This document shows positions 47,055 to 57,028 of a DNA stretch of 64,000 bases, one piece after another. Source of the stretch: Candidatus Daviesbacteria bacterium. GTDB lineage: Bacteria > Patescibacteriota > Microgenomatia > Daviesbacterales > UBA10151. Position 1 is the stretch's first letter; every line of letters starts with the position of its first letter. The notes under the pieces were generated by a model. It was given only the letters and a program-made list of their open reading frames with translations, was not told the DNA's origin and did no database searches. The DNA is taken from assembly GCA_016187025.1 (NCBI GenBank), contig JACPKM010000001.1, positions 245,688-309,687 on the forward strand. Direction: 5' to 3'. The position numbers and the translations under genes are program-made.

Positions 47055-47071
47055 AGATATATAATACCCCC

Positions 47072-48928
47072 ATGACCTCTAAAGAACTAAGAGCAAAATA
47101 TTTAAATTTTTTTAAAACTCGGAACCATAAAGTTATTGATCCAGCTCCACTTGTTTTAGAAAAAGATCCTACCACTCTTTTTACTTCATCCGGTATGCAG
47201 CCGCTTATTCCTTACTTGATGGGTAAAAAACACCCAAAAGGTAAAAGACTGGTGGATTCTCAACCTTCCTTTAGGGCAGAAGATATGGATGAGGTTGGGG
47301 ATAATCGTCATACTACTATGTTTGAGATGTTGGGTAACTGGTCTTTAGGGGACTATTTTAAAAAAGAGCAGCTTAAATGGTTTTGGATGTTTTTGACTGA
47401 GGAGCTAAGGTTTGACACTGCTAAATTATATGTTTCTGTTTTTGAGGGGAATGAGTTTGTGGAAAAAGATGAAGAGACTTTAAGCATATGGAAAAGTTTG
47501 GGGGTTGTAGAAGATCATATATATTTTTACGGAGTTGAAAAAAACTGGTGGTCCCGTTCAGGTACACCAGACCAGATGCCTGTTGGTGAGATTGGCGGGC
47601 CAGATTCTGAAGTGTTTTATGATTTTGGTACCCCACATAATTCACGGTTTGGTGATAAATGTCATCCTAATTGTGATTGCGGAAGGTTTTCTGAAATTGG
47701 AAATTCTGTTTTTATCCAGTATAAAAAAGTAGGTGACGGGCAATTTGAAAAATTACCTCAACAAAATGTTGATTTTGGAGGGGGCTTGGAAAGACTTGTT
47801 GGAGCTACTTTCAATACCCCAGATGTTTTTCAAACGGACTTGTTCATTCCTATTATTGAAAGACTGGAGGAGCAAACTGGCAAAAAATACCAAAAAGATG
47901 ATAACTTTACAAATATTTTTAGAATTGCTTCAGATCATATAAAAGCTGCAACATTTTTAATAAAGAGTGGGATTTTACCTTCAAATAAATTGCAAGGTTA
48001 TGTTTTAAGGAGGCTGTTAAGAAGAACTGCAGTCAAGCTTACCCAAGTTGGTTTTGACCCAGTATTAATACTGCCAAAACTTGTTGATCCAGCAATTGAT
48101 ATATATCAAGGCACTGATTATTTTAAAACAGGGGATTGGGACTCAATTCGCCAAGTTATTGAAGATGAGCTTAAAAAATTCCAGCAAACTCTAAAAAAGG
48201 GATTAAAAGAAGTAGAGAAATTGCAAGAGATTAATGGAAAAATAGCTTTTGATCTTTATCAAACTTATGGATTTCCTTGGGAATTAACAGAGGAGTTGTT
48301 TGACAAAAAAGGACAAAATATAGACAAAATCCAGTTTGAAGAGGAGTTTGAAAAACACCGTGAGCTATCAAGAACAGCATCAGCTGGTACTTTCAAAGGG
48401 GGTTTGGCAGGGCATTCTGAGGCAGAGATTAAATACCATACAGCTACTCATCTTCTACACCAGGCTTTAAGAGATATATTGGGTCCAAAGGTTTTTCAAA
48501 ATGGCTCTAATATCAACCAGGAAAGATTGAGATTTGATTTTTCATTTGATAGAAAAATGACTGATGAGGAAATAAAGCAAGTGGAGGATTTAATAAACCA
48601 AAAAATAAAAGAAGATCTTAGGGTTGATCATAAAACTGTCCCTATAGAAGATGCAAGAAAACTAGGTGCCATAGGGCTATTTGATGAAAAGTATGGCAAA
48701 GATGTCAGTATTTATGCTGTTGGTCCAAATTATCATCTAGATCCTGGGGCAAAAGATCAAAGAGATAGAGGAGGTTATTATTCACTTGAGTTTTGCGGTG
48801 GACCACATGTTGCTCATACTGGTGAGATAGGTGGGGTTAAAATTACTAAAGAAGAAGCAATTTCTCAAGGGATAAGAAGGATAAGGGCAGAATTGATTAG
48901 TGTAGAACAGACACGGATGTTGTGTTAA
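47072..48928 (+). CDS. alaS: Alanine--tRNA ligase (short form without C-Ala domain)
   Basis: LFTSSGMQP, HTTMFEMLGNWS, GGGLERL, HTATHLLH, EFCGGPHV. Confidence 0.97.
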   Translation: MTSKELRAKYLNFFKTRNHKVIDPAPLVLEKDPTTLFTSSGMQPLIPYLMGKKHPKGKRLVDSQPSFRAEDMDEVGDNRHTTMFEMLGNWSLGDYFKKEQLKWFWMFLTEELRFDTAKLYVSVFEGNEFVEKDEETLSIWKSLGVVEDHIYFYGVEKNWWSRSGTPDQMPVGEIGGPDSEVFYDFGTPHNSRFGDKCHPNCDCGRFSEIGNSVFIQYKKVGDGQFEKLPQQNVDFGGGLERLVGATFNTPDVFQTDLFIPIIERLEEQTGKKYQKDDNFTNIFRIASDHIKAATFLIKSGILPSNKLQGYVLRRLLRRTAVKLTQVGFDPVLILPKLVDPAIDIYQGTDYFKTGDWDSIRQVIEDELKKFQQTLKKGLKEVEKLQEINGKIAFDLYQTYGFPWELTEELFDKKGQNIDKIQFEEEFEKHRELSRTASAGTFKGGLAGHSEAEIKYHTATHLLHQALRDILGPKVFQNGSNINQERLRFDFSFDRKMTDEEIKQVEDLINQKIKEDLRVDHKTVPIEDARKLGAIGLFDEKYGKDVSIYAVGPNYHLDPGAKDQRDRGGYYSLEFCGGPHVAHTGEIGGVKITKEEAISQGIRRIRAELISVEQTRMLC

Positions 48929-48954
48929 GATTACTTTGACACCTAAAAACTTAG

Positions 48955-51222
48955 GTGAATTTTGATATGAGTTTACTAAGTAACCTCTCTGCCCGGTTAG
49001 GCTTAGGGAAAAAAGAGGAACATCCAGAATACTATTTTGCTATAAACATTGGACCCCAAAGTTTAACAGCAGCTTTATGGGCGATAGAACATAACCAACT
49101 TAAGGTAATTAACACCTCATCTTTCGAGTACTCATCAATGGAGGAAATAATTTCTGTTGTTGATAAACTTCTAGGAGAGTTACTAAGCAATGATTACCCA
49201 GAACCTCAAAAGGTTTTATTTGGAGTTCCAGACTCTTGGTTGCAAGATGAAGATTTACAGGAATCATATATGAAGTTTTTGAGAAGACTGGTAAAAGAGC
49301 TAGAGTTAACTCCAATGGCTTATGTAGCATCATCACATGCCCTTTCCCATTTCCTAGAAAAACAAACTGGTACTCCGACAACAGCAATCTTAGTAGGCTT
49401 GGATGAAAAATACGTTACAGTTACTGTAGTTAGAGCTGGAAAGCTTGATACTAGCAAAGTGTCACAAAGAGGCAACAATTTAGGAGAAGATATTGAAAAG
49501 CTGTTACTGAGCTTTACTGCAATAGAAGTTTTACCTTCAAAAATAATCCTTTATGGAAATGATCATCTAGGTTTAGATAAGCATAAAAATCAACTACTTG
49601 AGTATTCTTGGATGTCGAAATTGTCTTTCTTGCACGTTCCTAAAATCGAGTCTCTAGGTGAAAATGTTGAGATAGATTCAGTGGCGTTTGCTGGAGCAGT
49701 TGAACTCAATCCGGCAGTAGAGTTTAAAAAATTACATGCAAAAGAAGATAAAGATTTTAAACCAATGAGCGAAGAAGAAATAATTGAGCAAGTTGAAGAA
49801 GTAGAAGAAGAAAAAAAAGGTGAAGTTAGCAAGGAGTTAAAAGATATAGAAGAGGATAGCAAGTATGAAGCGGCAGAAAAAGAAGTAAATATCAATAAAG
49901 TTTCAGCAGAAGAATTAGGGTTTGTCACAGGCGATATAAGAGAGACTAATTTAGTTGTACCTGAGGCTGAAGATTTTGAAAAAGATATGATTACTACCCC
50001 TCCTGCCTATGATATTTCTACCAAAAAAGCTGCAGGTTTGGGAAAAAAGCTCAAATTTATACAGTTTTTAAGCATTAAAGACTATATAAAAGGAAGAGGA
50101 ATCTATCTTTCTATAGTTATTTCGGTTTTTCTTTTATTGCTGGGTGGGTACCTATTTTTATTAAAGTCTGATGTCAAAGTTTTTGTCGAACCACAAATAC
50201 TAGAAAAAGATGCTCAAATAGTTGCAGATCCGGCTATTAAAGAAGTAAATGAAGCAGACAATAAAATTCCAGGACAATCAGTCGATATTAGGATAAATGG
50301 TACTGGTAAAGGAGCTGCTACTGGAACTAAACAGGTTGGAGATCCTGCTAAGGGAACTGTTGTTGTTTACAACAAAACTTTTGAGCCTAAAAGTTTTAGC
50401 AAGGGAACTACCTTAACAGCAGCAAATGGGTTTAAATACACACTTGATGTCAATGTAAATATTGCTTCTCAATCTGCAAGCGATAGTGGAATTTCCTTTG
50501 GTAAAGCGAATGCCGAAGTAACAGCAGCAAATATTGGGGCAGATGGTAATCTGCCTTCTGGAAGCGATTTAAACTTTACTAATTTTTCTTCTTCACAGGT
50601 TGGGGTTAAAGCAGAAGGTAATTTTTCAGGGGGAACAAGTAAAGAGGTTACAGTTGTTTCGGATGCTGACCAAAAGAAATTACTGGCCCAGGTTGCATCA
50701 GACTTAAAAGGGCAAGCCAAAGCAAAGTTACAAGAAAAATATCCCGATAAGAAGATTTTAGAGGAAGCATTGCAAGAAGAGATAGTTAAAAAAACATTTA
50801 GTAAAAATATCAATGATCAAGCAAGTGAGCTGTCTTTGGATTTAACAGTCAACTTTAAAGGAACAGCTTTTGAAGATAAGGATTTAAAGCAGCTGGTGTC
50901 AAAGCTTGTTTCAGTTAATGTTCCAGAAGGCTTTGAGCTAAACTTAGCAGAAACCGAAACCTTAGCTGATGTATCAAAATTAGAAAAAGATGGAAGACTG
51001 GTATTTTTGGCAAGGTTTAAGGCAAAGCTTATTCCCAAGGTAGATATTTCAGAAATTAAAAAACTAATAAGAGGTAAGACTCCTTTGCAGGTGGAAGAGA
51101 TTCTAAAAAGAAATGAACATATCTTAGGAACAGAGATAAAGCTTATCCCCTCCTTGCCGTCAGTACTTCAGAGACTGCCAATATTTGATAAAAACATTAG
51201 GGTAGAGGTAGGCCTTAAATGA
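48955..51222 (+). CDS. Membrane protein: N-terminal actin/FtsA-PilM-like region, acidic linker, TM, baseplate-J-like extracellular region
   Basis: FAINIG..LTAALW, VLFGVPDSW, ILVGLDE pattern; TM about residues 383-402; AKGTVVVYN, VTAANIGADGNL, FSGGTSKEV. Confidence 0.55.
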   Translation: MNFDMSLLSNLSARLGLGKKEEHPEYYFAINIGPQSLTAALWAIEHNQLKVINTSSFEYSSMEEIISVVDKLLGELLSNDYPEPQKVLFGVPDSWLQDEDLQESYMKFLRRLVKELELTPMAYVASSHALSHFLEKQTGTPTTAILVGLDEKYVTVTVVRAGKLDTSKVSQRGNNLGEDIEKLLLSFTAIEVLPSKIILYGNDHLGLDKHKNQLLEYSWMSKLSFLHVPKIESLGENVEIDSVAFAGAVELNPAVEFKKLHAKEDKDFKPMSEEEIIEQVEEVEEEKKGEVSKELKDIEEDSKYEAAEKEVNINKVSAEELGFVTGDIRETNLVVPEAEDFEKDMITTPPAYDISTKKAAGLGKKLKFIQFLSIKDYIKGRGIYLSIVISVFLLLLGGYLFLLKSDVKVFVEPQILEKDAQIVADPAIKEVNEADNKIPGQSVDIRINGTGKGAATGTKQVGDPAKGTVVVYNKTFEPKSFSKGTTLTAANGFKYTLDVNVNIASQSASDSGISFGKANAEVTAANIGADGNLPSGSDLNFTNFSSSQVGVKAEGNFSGGTSKEVTVVSDADQKKLLAQVASDLKGQAKAKLQEKYPDKKILEEALQEEIVKKTFSKNINDQASELSLDLTVNFKGTAFEDKDLKQLVSKLVSVNVPEGFELNLAETETLADVSKLEKDGRLVFLARFKAKLIPKVDISEIKKLIRGKTPLQVEEILKRNEHILGTEIKLIPSLPSVLQRLPIFDKNIRVEVGLK

Positions 51223-51869
51223 TTGCTTATGGCAAATCCCTTTCCTTAGTCCTTTTATTTCTGGGGGTTTTTGCAATAAGCCAGGTAGTATTTCCTTGGG
51301 TAAGTTTTAAGTTATGGGAGTTTAGAGGACAATATGAGGGCAATACTTATTTAACTAGTCCTCAGTTAACGAAAAACCAGGAAATACTTGGAGTCTCAAT
51401 TAAAAACAAAGCTAATTTTTCACAAATTGTATCATCTGCTACCAGAGTTAAACCGGCTTCTTATACACGCTTTAGCTTGATAATTCCCAGCATAAAATTA
51501 GATAATGAGACAGTTTATGTGGATACAAACGATCTTTCCCATGGTTTAGTGCATTTACCAGGATCTGCTCTTCCGGGTGAAAAAGGAAATGTATTTGTCT
51601 CTGGTCACTCTGCCCTACCTTCATATATTGGTCCTAAGGCAAAAGCGTTATTTGCAAACCTGCCGAAAGTTAAAAAAGGAGAAAAAATAATCATAGAAAC
51701 AGAAGGGGTAATATATAACTATCTGGTTGATTCTATAAAAGTTATTGACCCAAAGGACCTATCCGTTATTACCCCTCCTGACACTCAGGGTAGATTTATT
51801 ACTTTAATGACTTGCGTACCTCCTGGATTTAATACAAAACGCTTGATAGTTGTTGGTAAAATGATCTGA
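51219..51869 (+). CDS. Sortase
   Basis: HLPGSALPGEKGNVFVSGHS, ITLMTCVPPG, KRLIV (His-Cys-Arg triad). Confidence 0.93.
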   Translation: MIAYGKSLSLVLLFLGVFAISQVVFPWVSFKLWEFRGQYEGNTYLTSPQLTKNQEILGVSIKNKANFSQIVSSATRVKPASYTRFSLIIPSIKLDNETVYVDTNDLSHGLVHLPGSALPGEKGNVFVSGHSALPSYIGPKAKALFANLPKVKKGEKIIIETEGVIYNYLVDSIKVIDPKDLSVITPPDTQGRFITLMTCVPPGFNTKRLIVVGKMI

Positions 51870-52264
51870 TGCACTATTTAGGAGTTGATTTTGGTTTAAG
51901 AAAAATAGGTCTTGCAGTATCAGACGGAGAGATTGCATCCCCTTGGAAGATTATTGAAGCAAAAAGTTTAGATTCTGCTGTGGAACAGTTGTACTCCCTG
52001 ATTGTGCAAGAGGGGTTTGGTGAGGTAGTTGTTGGTATACCCGAAAGTGGAAAAATTGTTGGTGTTATAAAAAGGGTTATTAACAAATTAAAAAAAAGAG
52101 GGGTAAAAATAGAGCAAGTTGATGAGACCCTTTCTTCAAAATTAGGGCAGCGGAAAATGATAGAGTTAAATCTTTCCAAAAAAAAGAGAAGGTATAATGA
52201 TGCTTTTGCGGCAGCAGAGATATTGCAAAGTTTTTTAGATCAAAAAATAAAGGATGAAATGTAA
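51869..52264 (+). CDS. yqgF: YqgF/RuvX pre-16S rRNA nuclease
   Basis: LGVDFGLRKIGLAVSD, VVVGIP, DETLSS, DAFAAAEILQSFL. Confidence 0.93.
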   Translation: MHYLGVDFGLRKIGLAVSDGEIASPWKIIEAKSLDSAVEQLYSLIVQEGFGEVVVGIPESGKIVGVIKRVINKLKKRGVKIEQVDETLSSKLGQRKMIELNLSKKKRRYNDAFAAAEILQSFLDQKIKDEM

Positions 52265-52267
52265 TAA

Positions 52268-53224
52268 ATGAGAAAATTACTATCTATTTTTTTAATTGTA
52301 TCTTTTTTGGGAGTAGTTGTATGGGGTTGGTGGAATAATCAGTTATCTGCCCCGTCTTTTAGAAAAGAAACAAAAAAAATAGTTATTCCAAAAGGTACTG
52401 GGCTTAGTACTGTCTCTTCACAACTAAAAAAAGAGAATTTAATTAAATCTGAGCTAGCTTTTAAGCTTTTTGCCAGACAAAAAGGTTTGGCTGACAAACT
52501 GCAAACTGGAACATTTGAGCTTTCTTCTTCCATGAGTGCAGAAGAGGTTTTAAAAACCTTAACGTCTAATCCGAAAGAGGTTTGGGTAACTTTTCTGGAA
52601 GGATGGCGGGTAGAGGAGATGGCACAAAAACTTGGAGAGCAGTTAGGGATAAAAAAGGAGGATTTTTTAGAATATGCAAAAGAAGGTTATATGTTTCCTG
52701 ATACGTATTTGTTTCCAGATGAGGTAACAGCTGCCAGGGTTGCGGATATCATGAAGGATAATTTTAAGAATAAATATTCGGCTGAGCTGAGGAGTAAAAT
52801 TAAATCTCAAGGTTTAACAGAGCAAGAGGGTGTGGTTTTGGCATCAATTGTAGAAAGAGAGGCAAGGTCCGATATTGCAAGAACTGAAGTTGCCGGAATT
52901 TTGCTGAAAAGACTCAAGATTAATATGGGTCTTAATGCTGATGCTACTATCCAATATGCTCTTGGATACCAACCAAAAGAAAGGAGTTGGTGGAAGCGAA
53001 ACCTAACTTATGATGATTTAAAAATAGACTCTGTCTATAACACCTATATTCATGCTGGTTTACCCCCAACTCCAATTTGCAACCCTTCTCTTTCATCACT
53101 AAAAGCTGTTGCTAATGCAAACTCCTCTACGCCTTATCTTTATTACTTGCATGATTCCAAAGGAAACTCGTATTATGCAAAAACTTTGGAAGGTCATAAC
53201 CAAAACATAGCCAATCATCCATGA
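52268..53224 (+). CDS. mltG: Endolytic transglycosylase MltG
   Basis: EGYMFPDTY, LASIVERE, YNTYIHAGLPPTPICNPS. Confidence 0.95.
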   Translation: MRKLLSIFLIVSFLGVVVWGWWNNQLSAPSFRKETKKIVIPKGTGLSTVSSQLKKENLIKSELAFKLFARQKGLADKLQTGTFELSSSMSAEEVLKTLTSNPKEVWVTFLEGWRVEEMAQKLGEQLGIKKEDFLEYAKEGYMFPDTYLFPDEVTAARVADIMKDNFKNKYSAELRSKIKSQGLTEQEGVVLASIVEREARSDIARTEVAGILLKRLKINMGLNADATIQYALGYQPKERSWWKRNLTYDDLKIDSVYNTYIHAGLPPTPICNPSLSSLKAVANANSSTPYLYYLHDSKGNSYYAKTLEGHNQNIANHP

Positions 53225-53469
53225 AAAAAGTAAAACTTGGTGTATATCGTCATTATAAGGGTAATTACTATCTTGTTCTTGGGGTTGCCCAGCATAGCGA
53301 AGATTTAACACAAGAATTTGTGGTATATAAACCTTTATATAAAAGTTTGGTAGTGACAGATTTATGTATTAGACCTAAAGATATGTTTTTAGAAAAAGTA
53401 CAGCTAGGAAAAAAGCTTGTTCCCAGATTTAAATTTCAGAGCGTAAGCTCGCATACTGAAAGTCCTTGA
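53221..53469 (+). CDS. DUF1653 domain protein
   Basis: GVYRHYKGNYYLV..VAQHSE, VVYKPLY, IRPKDMF, PRF. Confidence 0.88.
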   Translation: MKKVKLGVYRHYKGNYYLVLGVAQHSEDLTQEFVVYKPLYKSLVVTDLCIRPKDMFLEKVQLGKKLVPRFKFQSVSSHTESP

Positions 53470-53657
53470 CACAGTAAGTAACCTATGGTAAAGTAACCTC
53501 AACTGAATACGAAATAGGAGGGCGTACGTGTACGTATGCTTATCTTCGTTGATGCAAACGAAGACAGCTTGCCTGATTTTCGTTGACCCAGCTAAAATTA
53601 AATTCGTAATAGGCTTAAGCGAAGCACTAATCTGTCCCAAAATTAGGCCATCTACTG
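53466..53657 (+). promoter_or_regulatory. rpoB promoter and ~157-nt structured 5' leader
   Basis: TTGACA 53466, TGgTAAAGT -10 at 53486-53494; three-way-junction pairing over 53509-53583. Confidence 0.65.
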
Positions 53658-56600
53658 ATGTCAATAGCAGCGGATAATATAGCAATCGCACCAAGAAAAT
53701 ATTGGACCAAAACTACGGCACCTACGCCGGATATTAATCTAATAAAACTACAGCTTGATTCTTATTCATGGTTTTTACATCAAGGAATTATTGAAGTCCT
53801 TAACGAGATTACCCCTGTTGAGGACTTTACAGGAAAAAATTGGACCCTAGAGTTAGGGTCCATTTCTTTTGGAAAGCCTAACTACACTCCTGAACAAGCT
53901 TTAAACAAAGGTGTTACATTTGATGCTCCATTAAAAGTTGAGACAATTTTAACTAATAAGCAAACTGGCAAAAAATACCAACAAGAGGTATTTATGGGTG
54001 ACATTCCTCAAATGACAGAAAAGGGAACATTTATCATAAATGGAGTAGAAAGAGTGATTATCAATCAGCTGGTTAGATCTCCTGGAGTATTTTTCTCGGC
54101 AACAGACGATCCTATTACTGGAAGGAGATTGCATTCTGCAGAGATTAGGCCTTATCGGGGTTCCTGGTTGGAGTTTTCTGTTTCCCGAACAAGTGTTTTA
54201 ACAGCCAAGATCGATAGAAGGAGAAAATTTGCTGCTACAACGCTACTAAGAGCACTGGGTTTTTCATCAGACGAGGAGATAATAGCAGTTTTCAAAGATG
54301 TAGATACTGCTGAAACTAAGTTAATAGAAACAACACTGGCAAAGGATCCTACCAAAACTACAGATGAAGCCTTGGTTGAAATTTTCAGAAAGATGCGTCC
54401 AGGAGATCCAGTAGTTTTAGACAATGCCAAAACTATGCTAGACGGAATGTTTTTCAATGAAAGACGCTATAATCTTACCCGAGTCGGTAGATATAAAATC
54501 AACAAAAGATTAGAGCTTGATATCCCCAATACCCCAGAAAGCCTTATTTTGACAAAAGAAGATATTATTACCACCTTAAAATATCTAATTAAGTTGACAA
54601 ACGGCGAAGGAAAAGTTGATGATATTGATCATCTAGCAAACAGGCGTGTCAGATGTGCTGGAGAACTGGTTCAGCAAAACGCCTTTAGAATTGGTGTTTT
54701 ACGCTTAGAAAGAATCATCAAAGAGAGAATGAGTTTGGCTGCAGTAGATCAAGAGGTGACCCCAGGCGGGTTAATTAATGCCAAACCTGTTATTGCAGCA
54801 GTTAACGAATTTTTCAGATCCTCTCAGTTATCAAGCATTCTAGATCAGGTTAATCCGCTATCAGAAGTGGATCATTTAAGAAGGTTATCAGTCATGGGAG
54901 CAGGGGGAATAACAAGAGATAGAGCCAGCTTTTCGGTTCGTGATATTAACCACTCTCAATATGGAAGAATTGATCCTATTAGATCTCCGGAAGGACAAAA
55001 CATCGGACTTGTGACATATTTGGCACTTTATGCCCGTATTAATGAATACGGCTTCTTGGAAACTCCTTATAGGAAAGTAGTTTTAGAAAAAGGTAAGTCC
55101 CGTGTTACAAACGATATTATTTATTTGTCTGCTGATGATGAGGAAAGATTTCATATTACTGAGGCAGCAGTTGAAGTTGATGAAAAAGGGGTTATTGTTT
55201 CTGATCGCGTGCCGATGAGGTACATGGGTAACTTTTTTGAAGGAGATGCAAAAGATATTGAGTTAATAGATATTTCTCCTCAGCAGATTTTTGGTATTTC
55301 TGCCTCAATTATTCCATTTCTTGCAAACGATGATGCAAATCGCGCTTTGATGGGTACTCAAATGCAGTGTCAAGCGGTACCACTTTTAATCCCCCAAGCT
55401 CCAATTGTTGGAACTGGGATGGAAAGAGTGGTTGCTGATAATATGGGTAGAGTGGTAAGAGCTCCAGAGGATGGAATTGTAAGTAGCGTTGACGGGAAAA
55501 AATTAACCCTTAAGACCAAAAAAGATGAATATAAATATGAGATTAAAAAGTTTGTTCACTCTCCCCAAGGAACCTGTTACTCACAAAGACCAGTGGTGGC
55601 AGTGGGGCAAAAAATCAAAAAAGGAGATTTGCTAATTGATGGTGCTGCTACCCAAAACGGAGAATTGGCTTTAGGACAAAATTTAACTATCGCTTACATG
55701 AGTTATGAAGGGTTAGGTTATGAGGATGCTATCGTTATTTCTGATAGATTACTCAGAGAAGACCTTCTTACCTCAATACATATTGAGGAGTATGAGGTAG
55801 ATGTAGTAGAAACAAAACTAGGTCCGGAAGAGCTGACCCGGGATATTCCAAATGTTTCTGAAGAATCTTTGGCCAATCTTGATGATCAGGGTATTATCAG
55901 AATTGGTGCAGAGGTTGGTCCAAATGACATTTTAGTTGGTAAAGTTCAACCTAAAGGTGAAACAGAACTAACAGCAGAGGAAAGACTACTAAGAGCTATA
56001 TTTGGAGAAAAAGCAAAAGAAGTAAGAGATACATCATTGCGGGTGCCTCATGGAGAGAGGGGTACAGTAATTGGAATCCAAGTACTTTCTCGCGATGAAG
56101 GTGACGAGTTGGATACTGGAACTTTAATGAGAATTAAAGTCAAGGTAGCTCAGCTTCGAAAAGTGACTGAAGGTGACAAACTGGCTGGAAGGCATGGAAA
56201 CAAGGGTGTTATCTCAAGAATAGTTCCTATTGCTGATATGCCTCATATGGAAGATGGAACACCAGTTGATATTATCATTTCTCCTTTGTCTGTGTTATCG
56301 CGTATGAATCTAGGGCAGTTACTGGAAACTCATTGGGGATTTGTTGGATTCAAACAAGGCTATAAAATTGCTGCTCCAGTTTTCCAAAAGATATCAGAAG
56401 AGGCTTTAATGGATGAGCTTAAAAAAGCAGGGCTTCCTACAGATGGAAAGATTCAATTAATTGATGGTAGAACTGGAGAAAAATTTGATAACACCGTGGT
56501 GGTTGGCAAAAACTATATCTTAAAACTTATCCATATGGTCGAGGAAAAGATTCATGCCCGATCAACTGGACCTTACTCACTGGTAACCCAACAGCCATTG

Positions 56601-57023
56601 GGTGGAAAAGCTCAGATGGGTGGTCAAAGATTGGGAGAGATGGAAGTTTGGGCTCTTGAGGCATATGGTGCAGCCCATATCCTGCAAGAGATGTTGACTA
56701 TTAAATCAGATGATGTGGTAGGAAGAGCTAAGGCTTTTGAGGCCATAGTTAAGGGTATTGATATTCCTCAAGCTTTAATACCTGAATCATTTAAGGTTTT
56801 GGTAAAAGAACTACAAGCATTAGGCTTGAATGTTGAGACTCTGGGGGCTAAAATTGTCCAAGCTCAAGTTGCAGAAGAAGAAACTCAAGCAGCAGAACAG
56901 GTAGCTCAGATGGAAAATATAATGCAAATGACTACATCAGCATCTGAGGGAGAAATTGAAGCTGAAGAAAGTCCATTTGAGTTAGTAGATGCAGGAGGAG
57001 CAGAAGAAAAGGAGGGAAGCTAA
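53658..57023 (+). CDS. rpoB: RNA polymerase beta subunit
   Basis: GTFIINGVERV, GDKLAGRHGNKGV, GGQRLGEMEVWALEAYGAA. Confidence 0.99.
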   Translation: MSIAADNIAIAPRKYWTKTTAPTPDINLIKLQLDSYSWFLHQGIIEVLNEITPVEDFTGKNWTLELGSISFGKPNYTPEQALNKGVTFDAPLKVETILTNKQTGKKYQQEVFMGDIPQMTEKGTFIINGVERVIINQLVRSPGVFFSATDDPITGRRLHSAEIRPYRGSWLEFSVSRTSVLTAKIDRRRKFAATTLLRALGFSSDEEIIAVFKDVDTAETKLIETTLAKDPTKTTDEALVEIFRKMRPGDPVVLDNAKTMLDGMFFNERRYNLTRVGRYKINKRLELDIPNTPESLILTKEDIITTLKYLIKLTNGEGKVDDIDHLANRRVRCAGELVQQNAFRIGVLRLERIIKERMSLAAVDQEVTPGGLINAKPVIAAVNEFFRSSQLSSILDQVNPLSEVDHLRRLSVMGAGGITRDRASFSVRDINHSQYGRIDPIRSPEGQNIGLVTYLALYARINEYGFLETPYRKVVLEKGKSRVTNDIIYLSADDEERFHITEAAVEVDEKGVIVSDRVPMRYMGNFFEGDAKDIELIDISPQQIFGISASIIPFLANDDANRALMGTQMQCQAVPLLIPQAPIVGTGMERVVADNMGRVVRAPEDGIVSSVDGKKLTLKTKKDEYKYEIKKFVHSPQGTCYSQRPVVAVGQKIKKGDLLIDGAATQNGELALGQNLTIAYMSYEGLGYEDAIVISDRLLREDLLTSIHIEEYEVDVVETKLGPEELTRDIPNVSEESLANLDDQGIIRIGAEVGPNDILVGKVQPKGETELTAEERLLRAIFGEKAKEVRDTSLRVPHGERGTVIGIQVLSRDEGDELDTGTLMRIKVKVAQLRKVTEGDKLAGRHGNKGVISRIVPIADMPHMEDGTPVDIIISPLSVLSRMNLGQLLETHWGFVGFKQGYKIAAPVFQKISEEALMDELKKAGLPTDGKIQLIDGRTGEKFDNTVVVGKNYILKLIHMVEEKIHARSTGPYSLVTQQPLGGKAQMGGQRLGEMEVWALEAYGAAHILQEMLTIKSDDVVGRAKAFEAIVKGIDIPQALIPESFKVLVKELQALGLNVETLGAKIVQAQVAEEETQAAEQVAQMENIMQMTTSASEGEIEAEESPFELVDAGGAEEKEGS

Positions 57024-57028
57024 AAAAC

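Noticed and set aside
48955-51222. Prophage or contractile injection system suggested by the baseplate-J-like region
   Set aside because: No sheath, tube, capsid, terminase or integrase genes nearby; the gene is membrane-anchored among housekeeping genes.
53501-53657. tRNA or known riboswitch upstream of rpoB
   Set aside because: No TTC-containing T-arm or acceptor stem, and no riboswitch consensus that I recognise; kept only as an unassigned leader.
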